64,000 bases of DNA from an uncultured Bacilli bacterium (lineage in GTDB: Bacteria; Bacillota_I; Bacilli_A; RF39; UBA660). The position numbers and the translations under genes are program-made. How positions within the stretch are numbered: the stretch's first letter is position 1; the number at the start of each line of letters is the position of its first letter. Shown piece after piece: positions 11,273 to 20,479 of this stretch. Under the pieces are notes generated by a model. The model was not told the origin of the DNA. It did not search any database and saw nothing but the letters and a program-made list of their open reading frames with translations. The DNA lies in assembly GCA_934167485.1 (NCBI GenBank), contig CAKPKL010000002.1:16422-80421 (forward strand), in the 5' to 3' direction.

Positions 11273-14200
11273 GATACACCTCTTAATCTTTTTCGATTTA
11301 TTAACAAATATAAAGCTCCAAAAATTGACACAATTGAAAGAGTAAATATTATTATACCACTTAAGGATTTTTCTTGTTTAGTAGTATGAGAAGTATTATA
11401 GAATTCTACTAATTCATAATCACTATTTATTTTATCATTCTCTGTTGTTATGCTTTCAGGAGAAGTTAATACTTCCTCTAAATTATAAATATCATACTTT
11501 TTAGTATTTGCATTATATACCATAGTATAATTTTTACCACTTGATGTTATAGAATTATTTCCTGTTATTTTTCCTTTAGCATCGCTAATTGAAATTTCTT
11601 CTATTTTTATCTTTAATTTTTCCATGTTTTTATAATTAGATGATTTTGATAAATTTTTTATAACTTCTTCTCTAGAATCTTCTGATAACTTAGATTTTAT
11701 ATATTCTAAGAAACTCTTATCTTTGGTTATATTAGTAAACACTAACTCACCTGTTTGATAATTAAATGCATATATTCCTTCATTTTTATATCTTATAACA
11801 GCTATTGTTGATGATGAATATAAATCTGTAAATAATTCTTCAATATCCTTATTTACTAGATCTGAAGGATATTTTATATTATTTTTCAAACTATATAATT
11901 CACCTTTATTATCAAGAATAATTTGAATTTCATTATTATTATAATTATCAATTATGTAAGAATTCTTTTTATTATCAAGGGATGAATCAATTATACTTAA
12001 TACACCATTTTTTACAAGAACTTGGTAATTTTGAATACTGCCATCTATATCAGTAAAATTATAATATGTATTTATATGTTTTTCATTGTAGATAAATGAA
12101 TATAAAGGTATACTTTCTAAAATACTATAATCCACATAACTATCAACATATTCTTTTGTATCTATATAATAAATACTATTATCACTAGTTAATACTTTAT
12201 TGTTATATAAATTTATAAAACTTCCCATTATAGAATTTTCTTCTCCATATAAAATACCATTATTAATATAATATACCGAATCTCCAACTAAACTAATCTT
12301 CTTTGATAATTCGGATGGATCTATAGTACTAGTCTTGTAATTACTTCCATTTGAAACATAAATTTTTATCGGAGACTTATAATCATAACTTATAGTATAA
12401 ACTCTATTATTTATACTAATATCATAAGATTTATAATCACCTATTTCATAATAGAAATAACTATTTTGATCTATATTTGAAAATTCAATATTTATTTTAT
12501 CCACATCACTAGCATACACGTCATATTTTATCTTAACTGGATTAGAGTATGCTACTGCATAATTTCTCATCATACGCATTTGTGGAGCCATCAATCTTGT
12601 AGTTTGTGTCGTTGCATTCGGAATTTTTACTTTTTCTTCATCACTTATTTGTGGATTTGAACCTCCTTCTACGAATACTGGAAAGTAGATATTTGACAAT
12701 TTATAAATACCCTGAGAACCTACAAAACTATTTAAATCAGATGGTGTATTAATTTGGATTTCTGAAGGTTCATTAGTATCAGAGTATTCCATGAACTTAC
12801 TTTCCTTAGATAAATCAAATGCATTAGATATATTAACATAGGATGCTGATGGAACTAAATTTTCTATTTGTCCAAATCCAGAACCAACATTTTTACCTAT
12901 TAAATCTCCATAGAACAATGATTTATTATATTTTTTATCTTGAGATTGTGGAGTTTTATAAATTTTTCCTATTAATCCTCCAGCAGTTCCTTCATTAGAA
13001 TCTGCTTCTATAATACATCCTTCAACTAAATTATTAGAAAATGAAATATTTTGTGAATAATCAGTTGAATTATTAATATAACCTATTATTCCTCCAGATG
13101 AATACTTAGAACTAATTTTTGTATTTAATACTATGTTATACCTAAAATTTGCCGGACCATCTGTTATGGTATCATGTTTACCCAATATACCACCAGCAGC
13201 ATTTTCAGAAACAGCAATGAAAGAATTTGAAACTACATTTCTAAACGTTTCATGTGAGTAATATGTTCCAATATATCCAGCCATTCCACCTGTATTTTTT
13301 TTAGCATATATAAGTGAATTCTTTAAATATGAATATTGAATCGAATACATAAAACCTCCTATGCCTCCAACTATATTTGCATTTAAAGGTTCATATGCTC
13401 TATTTCTTATAGTTGAATCTGATAAAGAATTTGCCAAATCAGACGGTGTTAATTCAGATAAATTTTTTCCAAATTTCTCACTTGTTGTACTTGCAATTAC
13501 TACATTTGTTGCATAATCATGTCTTCCATAATATCCATACCCATATGTTCCTCCTACATAAGTAGATTCTCCTGATGTTTCATGCAATTTTGCCGGTGGA
13601 TTTATTATATTAGGATCTGATGTTATTAGTAAATTTTCTACGTTGTAATTGTTAAGATACATATGAGTAAGAAGACTACCTGTAATTCCACCTACGCGAG
13701 ATGCCTTATCAATATATATTATATTAATTTTATCATTAGTAGAATTCAAAGTACAATTTACACAGTCACCATATCCAACAATGCCACCTACATACTGTCT
13801 AGGTCTAATATATGAATTAACAGTATCTGTATTTAACCATAGTCCCTCATAACCTTGTATTGTAACATTGGTTAGTTTAATATCCGATATAAAATAATCT
13901 ATGTAGCCTGCTATTCCACCCAAATGTGAATAAGCCTCAATAGTAACATTGGAAGCAATTATGTCTTTAATATGAATATTTGATTCTTTATCTTCACTAG
14001 TAGAATATCCAACCAAACCGCCTACATAATACCTTCCTCTCATTCTAATATCATCCATTGTAACACTATTTATATATCCATTACTTAATCCTACTATTCC
14101 AACAACATTAGCATAATTTATTATATCTATTGATTTAAAATCACAATTGGTAATTGTTCCATTGTTAAATCTAACTATAGCACTATAATTACTATTTTGT

Positions 14201-17200
14201 CCAGATATTTTTATAGAATTAAATTTTACATTTTTCATAGTGCCATCAAGCCAATATATAAGCGAATTTCTTATCGAATCTTTATCAGTATAATGATTGT
14301 CATTTAATTCAGATACACTAATTGTTTTATTATTGCCATAAAAATTATCCAAACTTTTTTGAATCGATAAAATATTTCTATTTTGATATTCTTTACCATT
14401 ATAATAAATTTGTTTATCTATATTACCATCTGGTTCTATTTTTATATCATCAAGCAACAAAATATTTTGATATTTACTATCATATCCACCACTAGTTAAA
14501 AAGTTTAAACTATCCCAATCGCTAGTAGACTCTATATGTTTGAAAAATTTAACAGTTAATTTTTCATTTCTATTTTCATTTTCTACCTCTACTTCATAAA
14601 TACTATAGTATACATTATTGGTAGGTTTAATTTCGTAGCGATAATACTCATCTTCTTTTTGGAGAGAATTAATCTCCAAATCTTTAGATTTATTTTTACC
14701 TTCTTTTACATATAACTCTTTATTAGTTTTTAAAATAGCACTTGTAGCACAAGCATTTTTATAGTCATTATCTTCTTTAAAAAGAGAATCTAATTTATCT
14801 AAACATCCTTCATCTATTACATATTCAATTGAATAATCAAAATCCTGATCTGATTTTTCTCCGACTTTTTTATCTTTTACATTTTGTTCTACAAATGAAG
14901 AGTTAGATAAATATGGTAAATATTCCTTATTACCTGCTTCACCATTTTGTAAATATATATTATTATAAATGTCATCTGCATTATAAACATCTGTAAAAGA
15001 TGTAAAACTTGGAACATTGTCAATTGTAAAATTATTAGTTTTAACAGTATCTAAATATGTTATCGAATCATAGTTTGGTTTCCCCTTTGGATTTAATATA
15101 GTTCCTACAAATAAATTATTAGAGATGGAGTTAGAAATAGATAAACGCTTCAAATAATTCCCAACTATTCCACCTACGTTTGAACCTTGGCTAAACAAGG
15201 TCATTGAACTATAACTATTTCTTACCTTTCCTATAGAAATTGTTCCTGCTATTCCACCTACATTTGAAAGCTCAGTATCAAATTTTCCTGTTGAATAACA
15301 ATTATTAATATCGATAAAGTTAGGATAAGTTGCACTTGCATAACCTATTATTCCTCCTACAGTTTGATATCCAATTAAAGTATCATATGTAGCATTAAAT
15401 TTCAAATTATAAGAATAACTATTACTTATTTTACCGTCAAGTCCATAACCAATTATTCCGCCTACATTAAAGCGATATAATTTTCCATTTTGACTGCTAT
15501 CTTTATTAATAGTTGCATTATTTACTGAAATTTTATCAAATTCTGAACCTGTTGAATAAGCTGTTAAACTACCAAGATAAACAGTAGTTGTATTGTTTAT
15601 TCCTCTCCTATCTGCTAAAATATCTAAATCAGTAAGATCAACATTATCGATTTTTGCTAAAGTTGTTAATCTTATAAATCCTATATAGTACTCACTCGAG
15701 CTTAATTTCATGTTTTTTACTTGTAAATTACTTAATTCACCAGTATATCCATAGAAGAAGTATCCCCTTTTTATGTTATTATTTCCAAAGTCTATTGTAT
15801 GTTGATTACCATCAAATTTTGCTGAATAAGTCTCCAATTTTGGCAAACAACTAGAATTAATCTCATTATAAGTTTCATTTTGAGCTTGATTTAAACAAGC
15901 CGTACCTCCAATCTCAGTATTATTATTTAAACTAATATTGCCAAGCATATATATATTACTATTACTATTAATTGCACTTATTAATCCTTCATAGCTTGCA
16001 ACACGCTTATATAAAGTAATATCTATTATTCTTGGGTTAGAATCTGTATAATATGATTTTGTTATCTCATCACCTAAAGACGTTTTATAAGTCATACTTA
16101 AAATATCATAATTTGATAAAGCTTGTTCATTTTCTTCATCTATAGTTAAAGTTAAAATTAAATTTGATATTTGATAGTTTTCATCATAACCACCATTTTC
16201 AAGTTCATCCTCGCAAGTTGTACATATCTGTGCAGTCGCCTTATCTACTTTAATATTTGTTATTTCCAATTTATTAGGGTTACTTATATATACTCTAACC
16301 TTAGCTACACCATCTTCCCTATTATCTTTAATAGCTTCTGTTGATATTATATCTATAGTTGAATCTTTAAGTTCATAAGTAATTTCTATAGGTACTTGAT
16401 ATTCTTTCATAAATTCACTCATGTTTACTATAGGATAATATCCTGAAGTAATAGAATAAGGATCTTTGTCTCCTGCTTCTGGCTCACTATCCGAATTTAA
16501 AATAACATCAAGTACACCTGCATTTCTAAGCGAAGCTTTACTAATTTTTTTGTTAAAACTATTTCTATAAGAATAATTTAAAGAATTAGTATCAACATAA
16601 TAATTATTACTTACCTTTCCTTTAGAAGAGTATATGCTTGGACCATTAGTTGTCGAATTATGTGTTGAAGTTGCAACAGAAAGTGTATTATATATTGTAC
16701 TAGAATTACGATTTTCTTTTGATATAAAGGCAATTCCAGATGAACCTTTTACATAATTTTCTTCTGTTGATAAAACATCTGTTAAATTATAAACATTTGA
16801 AATGACACCTTCATTATAATAAGTAAACGTACCATGACTGGAAGTAATATCTTTCAAATAAATTTTGCTGTCATTGTTTGAAATAACTGCACCGTATTTA
16901 ATTTTCGCTCCAGCATAATTATAATAACTTACCAAACTGGATACGCCATATGTGTATATATCAGTATCTAAATATATAACAAAGTTTTTCAAAGTTCCAT
17001 AATTTAATCTAGCCAAAAGCCCCATTTTATTAGCACTACCAGTAGTATTATTTTGTTTTACATGAATAACAAAATTTTCTATTGTTCCCCTATTTACTTG
17101 TACTAAGCCAGCTAAATCTTGAATTACTCCAGCATAGTCTAATTCATAATAAACCAAAGCATTTTTTAAAACTCCTGTTTTAGAAACACTAGAAAACAAA

Positions 17201-20200
17201 GTTGGACTTAAATCATTATTTTTGTAAAGTGTTAATTTATATCCTTGAAAATCTATAGAACCTCTAAAACCATCAATAACCTTATTTGGATAAAATGTTC
17301 CATCTGCTTTTTTTAAATCTAGGTTTTCAGTTACTACATAATGTTTACCTAAATCTATTGAATACAAACCATCATCACGACCATCAACACTACTTATATT
17401 GTAAATTTCGTGTTCTGTCGTATAATCTAAACTACTTAATATATATAAATAATTTAAATCTGTTTCTTCTATTTTTGAAAAATTTGCTAAATTTGTTGCT
17501 GCATTTTTTTCAAGTACTACATAAAATTTATGCTCTCCTTGATTTTCTTTTTTATTTTCATTCTTAAATTTAATTCTAATTTTATAGAATTTCCTCTCTT
17601 CACCTAAATCAGAAACTTCTGTTACTGGTTCTAAAGAATCAAAGGTAGAATTTTTATCACTAATAGGTACAAATTTACCAGATGGTGTTGATTCAGTTAT
17701 ATCTTGTGTTATATATCCTATAACATTACATTTCCCATTAAAACAATCAATGCCATATAAATTTGAGGTCATTTCACCCAAATTATATTTTACATTTATT
17801 TCAGTCAAATAATTAGATTTATCTTCAGATAATTTTTGTTGATACATTTCCAATTTAGTCTTAACATTTCTGTCAACTTGAATCAAGTAAACAAATCCAT
17901 CTTCAGATTCAGTATTAGACTTTATTGGTATTACTTGTTCTACATCTACACCATTGTATGGTTTTGCACTTATTTTTATTGTATAAGAGTCTGAAGAATA
18001 TCCATCTAATGTTAATTTTATATTTGTTATATTAGAATATTTATCGTCATGAGTATTTTCTATTTGTTGAACACTCCTATATATGTATTGTGAATTTATA
18101 CTTTCTATATTATCGTATAAGCCTTCATATATCTCTATATTAACTTTACTTTCATCTATTAAACGGTCTAAATCAACAACATCAAAAGATAAATCCAGCA
18201 TCTCACCCATAAGCTTTTTATATCGTACATTAACATAAGCCTCTTGATCCAATGTCGTTATAGGTGGATTCATATTTTTAAATATATAAGCATCTTTTTC
18301 TATTTGTTTTATTTTTATTTTTAAGGCCATAATATATTCAGTTTTAGATTCTAATCCTTCAAATAAAGAATCCACATTATAATATGAGCCATTTTTCTCT
18401 AAATTTTTATATGTATTATAATATTTTAAATTGCCTTCTTCATCTAAAATATCATTTCCATCTTTATCTTTTAAATATATAGTAACTTCCGTATCCTCTT
18501 TATCTAAAATTGGTGTTTTAGAGCCTATATAAATTTTAGCTTGTATTGAATTTGATGTTACTATTTTAGTATTTTGATCATACCATGCATTAATAAGAGT
18601 GTCTAAACTTGCAGTTGTAAATGTTTTTTCCTCATAAAACTCCTGTAAGCCCTTTCCATCTTCCAAATCATAAGTACCTGTTATAATAATTCTATAATTT
18701 GTATCATAATCTAAATTATTAAAAGATAAATTATTAGGATATTTATTCTCATAATTTAAACTACCTTCATCTATTAATACTCCAGAATAACTATATAATT
18801 TATAATTATAGTCTCTTATATAAATATCATCTTTATTTAAGGTAGTTATTGTTAATTTAACATCATTTGTTTGTTTATTAATATCTGAATTAAATTTTAG
18901 TGTAGGAACTTCCTTTGTTGTTCTTATTACACCACTATCTTTTCCTGTTGTTTTAAGTTCATTAGAATCGCCATCAAAAAATTTAATTTCATAATTATAA
19001 CTTGTATTAGAATCTAATGAATTAGTAGTTGATACAACTGTTGGTTTACCCTTAATTAAGGAACTAATTTTAGAATAAGATAAATTAAAATTAGTTTTAT
19101 TTGAACTTCCAGTTTTCCAAACACTTAAAACAATCTTTTTTACACCCCTTAAAGCTTCATTATCTGAATTTAAAATAGTTAAATCTTTTATTTCTATTTT
19201 ATTTGAATATCTATCTCCGACATCTGAATCAAGATTAATTGCTTCTAATTCTGATATATCTTTTGTTTTTATTTTTCCTTCAAAGAATGTAACAACCATA
19301 GTTATACCTTGTTTATTCTTATATTTATAAGTACCAACTACATTATATTCAGTATTAGAATTCAATCCTGTAATTGCAAATAATCCATTATTACTTACTT
19401 TTTTTCTTGAATTAAGTTTTCCATCTGGTTTGTATATTTCAAATGTTGGATTTGTTGTTATAACCCCTGATGGATCATTTATTGTCATAACAGATTCTAT
19501 AGAATAAACATTAACTTTGAAATCAGTTATACTAACTGTAGGTTTGATAAATGTATCATCATCTTGTTTATCATCTTCTTGTTTTATAGGAACCTCATCA
19601 GGTTTATTATCATCTATGGTATTGTCTTCTTCTTTATCTATTTTTTTAACTAAATTCATTTTTAAAAGAAATTCTTCATAAGTTAAAGAAACATCTCCAA
19701 TTTTTATTAAAGAATCATAATAAATATCATCTATTCTATTATAATTAAATTTTTCACCGTCAAACACATAATAATTTATATATTTAGTATTAAAATAAAT
19801 TGGACTATTTATTGGAATATTATATTCATTATATGCTGTTTTTATTGTAATAGTTTGAAGTCCTAGTAACACAGAATTATTTAAATGAGCAAAAATATAA
19901 TCTATATCATCTGCTGGTTCTATATCTCCATCATTATAAAGAATACCTGAAGTAATACTAAGACCAGGATAGCCTGCTACCCTATTAAAATTTCTATCTA
20001 TAAGAGTAAAATTATCAGTTATACTATAAATAGTAAGCCCATCTATACTATAAAGTGGATAATCCATATCTATTTCCTTTTTGTCTTTCTCACCTACGTA
20101 ATAAGAATCTACTTGTTTATATATAGAATCTCCACTATTTACACCCACTACTCCTACATTTAGGGTATCATTAACAGTATTATTATTCATTAAGTTATAA

Positions 20201-20367
20201 GTCATGTTTTGAGATAATACTGCATAACCTTTTTTATCAATTGTTTTATATGGTCTAAAATTCAAGTATACATTAACAAGAATTATAACAATAACAGCTA
20301 CCACTACCATAATTATTAATGGGAATTCATTTATATATTTATTCTTTTTTGTTTTTGACTCTTCCAT
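11269..20367 (-). CDS. Giant surface protein (3032 aa): N-terminal TM, FN3-like repeats, three GLUG-motif beta-helix-like modules, C-terminal TM anchor with basic tail
   Basis: The ORF track gives 11269..20424. I prefer the ATG at 20367 (MEESKTKKNKY; GGTGAT 5 nt upstream). TM is FPLIIMVVVAVIVIILVNVYL. FN3-like motifs are NSNTEYNVVGTYKY, SNTSYNYEIKFFD and YDTNYRIIITGTYD. Module heads are GFRGSIDFQGYKLTL, FDGNQHTIDFGNNNI and FYGNNKTISVSEL. Many GLUG-type repeats are present (VGGIIGY, VGGIAGT..RNSYS, VGGIVGN, VGGLVGY, LGGIAGY). The C-terminus is LSGIIIFTLSIVSIFGALYLLINRKRLRGVS with no LPXTG. Confidence 0.85.
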   Translation of the reverse strand: MEESKTKKNKYINEFPLIIMVVVAVIVIILVNVYLNFRPYKTIDKKGYAVLSQNMTYNLMNNNTVNDTLNVGVVGVNSGDSIYKQVDSYYVGEKDKKEIDMDYPLYSIDGLTIYSITDNFTLIDRNFNRVAGYPGLSITSGILYNDGDIEPADDIDYIFAHLNNSVLLGLQTITIKTAYNEYNIPINSPIYFNTKYINYYVFDGEKFNYNRIDDIYYDSLIKIGDVSLTYEEFLLKMNLVKKIDKEEDNTIDDNKPDEVPIKQEDDKQDDDTFIKPTVSITDFKVNVYSIESVMTINDPSGVITTNPTFEIYKPDGKLNSRKKVSNNGLFAITGLNSNTEYNVVGTYKYKNKQGITMVVTFFEGKIKTKDISELEAINLDSDVGDRYSNKIEIKDLTILNSDNEALRGVKKIVLSVWKTGSSNKTNFNLSYSKISSLIKGKPTVVSTTNSLDSNTSYNYEIKFFDGDSNELKTTGKDSGVIRTTKEVPTLKFNSDINKQTNDVKLTITTLNKDDIYIRDYNYKLYSYSGVLIDEGSLNYENKYPNNLSFNNLDYDTNYRIIITGTYDLEDGKGLQEFYEEKTFTTASLDTLINAWYDQNTKIVTSNSIQAKIYIGSKTPILDKEDTEVTIYLKDKDGNDILDEEGNLKYYNTYKNLEKNGSYYNVDSLFEGLESKTEYIMALKIKIKQIEKDAYIFKNMNPPITTLDQEAYVNVRYKKLMGEMLDLSFDVVDLDRLIDESKVNIEIYEGLYDNIESINSQYIYRSVQQIENTHDDKYSNITNIKLTLDGYSSDSYTIKISAKPYNGVDVEQVIPIKSNTESEDGFVYLIQVDRNVKTKLEMYQQKLSEDKSNYLTEINVKYNLGEMTSNLYGIDCFNGKCNVIGYITQDITESTPSGKFVPISDKNSTFDSLEPVTEVSDLGEERKFYKIRIKFKNENKKENQGEHKFYVVLEKNAATNLANFSKIEETDLNYLYILSSLDYTTEHEIYNISSVDGRDDGLYSIDLGKHYVVTENLDLKKADGTFYPNKVIDGFRGSIDFQGYKLTLYKNNDLSPTLFSSVSKTGVLKNALVYYELDYAGVIQDLAGLVQVNRGTIENFVIHVKQNNTTGSANKMGLLARLNYGTLKNFVIYLDTDIYTYGVSSLVSYYNYAGAKIKYGAVISNNDSKIYLKDITSSHGTFTYYNEGVISNVYNLTDVLSTEENYVKGSSGIAFISKENRNSSTIYNTLSVATSTHNSTTNGPSIYSSKGKVSNNYYVDTNSLNYSYRNSFNKKISKASLRNAGVLDVILNSDSEPEAGDKDPYSITSGYYPIVNMSEFMKEYQVPIEITYELKDSTIDIISTEAIKDNREDGVAKVRVYISNPNKLEITNIKVDKATAQICTTCEDELENGGYDENYQISNLILTLTIDEENEQALSNYDILSMTYKTSLGDEITKSYYTDSNPRIIDITLYKRVASYEGLISAINSNSNIYMLGNISLNNNTEIGGTACLNQAQNETYNEINSSCLPKLETYSAKFDGNQHTIDFGNNNIKRGYFFYGYTGELSNLQVKNMKLSSSEYYIGFIRLTTLAKIDNVDLTDLDILADRRGINNTTTVYLGSLTAYSTGSEFDKISVNNATINKDSSQNGKLYRFNVGGIIGYGLDGKISNSYSYNLKFNATYDTLIGYQTVGGIIGYASATYPNFIDINNCYSTGKFDTELSNVGGIAGTISIGKVRNSYSSMTLFSQGSNVGGIVGNYLKRLSISNSISNNLFVGTILNPKGKPNYDSITYLDTVKTNNFTIDNVPSFTSFTDVYNADDIYNNIYLQNGEAGNKEYLPYLSNSSFVEQNVKDKKVGEKSDQDFDYSIEYVIDEGCLDKLDSLFKEDNDYKNACATSAILKTNKELYVKEGKNKSKDLEINSLQKEDEYYRYEIKPTNNVYYSIYEVEVENENRNEKLTVKFFKHIESTSDWDSLNFLTSGGYDSKYQNILLLDDIKIEPDGNIDKQIYYNGKEYQNRNILSIQKSLDNFYGNNKTISVSELNDNHYTDKDSIRNSLIYWLDGTMKNVKFNSIKISGQNSNYSAIVRFNNGTITNCDFKSIDIINYANVVGIVGLSNGYINSVTMDDIRMRGRYYVGGLVGYSTSEDKESNIHIKDIIASNVTIEAYSHLGGIAGYIDYFISDIKLTNVTIQGYEGLWLNTDTVNSYIRPRQYVGGIVGYGDCVNCTLNSTNDKINIIYIDKASRVGGITGSLLTHMYLNNYNVENLLITSDPNIINPPAKLHETSGESTYVGGTYGYGYYGRHDYATNVVIASTTSEKFGKNLSELTPSDLANSLSDSTIRNRAYEPLNANIVGGIGGFMYSIQYSYLKNSLIYAKKNTGGMAGYIGTYYSHETFRNVVSNSFIAVSENAAGGILGKHDTITDGPANFRYNIVLNTKISSKYSSGGIIGYINNSTDYSQNISFSNNLVEGCIIEADSNEGTAGGLIGKIYKTPQSQDKKYNKSLFYGDLIGKNVGSGFGQIENLVPSASYVNISNAFDLSKESKFMEYSDTNEPSEIQINTPSDLNSFVGSQGIYKLSNIYFPVFVEGGSNPQISDEEKVKIPNATTQTTRLMAPQMRMMRNYAVAYSNPVKIKYDVYASDVDKINIEFSNIDQNSYFYYEIGDYKSYDISINNRVYTISYDYKSPIKIYVSNGSNYKTSTIDPSELSKKISLVGDSVYYINNGILYGEENSIMGSFINLYNNKVLTSDNSIYYIDTKEYVDSYVDYSILESIPLYSFIYNEKHINTYYNFTDIDGSIQNYQVLVKNGVLSIIDSSLDNKKNSYIIDNYNNNEIQIILDNKGELYSLKNNIKYPSDLVNKDIEELFTDLYSSSTIAVIRYKNEGIYAFNYQTGELVFTNITKDKSFLEYIKSKLSEDSREEVIKNLSKSSNYKNMEKLKIKIEEISISDAKGKITGNNSITSSGKNYTMVYNANTKKYDIYNLEEVLTSPESITTENDKINSDYELVEFYNTSHTTKQEKSLSGIIIFTLSIVSIFGALYLLINRKRLRGVS

Positions 20368-20406
20368 ATTATCACCATACCATTCGACAACTATCTTAAT
20401 AACATA

Positions 20407-20435
20407 ATTATAACATATTAACAATTGTTTGGGAA
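20407..20435 (-). promoter_or_regulatory. Candidate extended -10 promoter (TTCCCA-17-TGTTATAAT) for the giant gene
   Basis: Minus strand reads TTCCCA (20435..20430), a 17-nt spacer ending in TGT, then TATAAT (20412..20407). It lies ~40 nt upstream of the ATG at 20367 and follows a terminator. Confidence 0.45.
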
Positions 20436-20443
20436 TTATTTTA

Positions 20444-20472
20444 CAAAAAAAATAGAATTTTTATCTTCTATT
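20444..20472 (-). terminator. Rho-independent terminator after the Cys-rich protein gene
   Basis: Stem AATAGAA / TTCTATT (20451..20457 and 20466..20472) with an 8-nt loop, followed by a minus-strand T-run (plus-strand A-run 20444..20452). Confidence 0.65.
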
Positions 20473-20479
20473 TTCTAAC

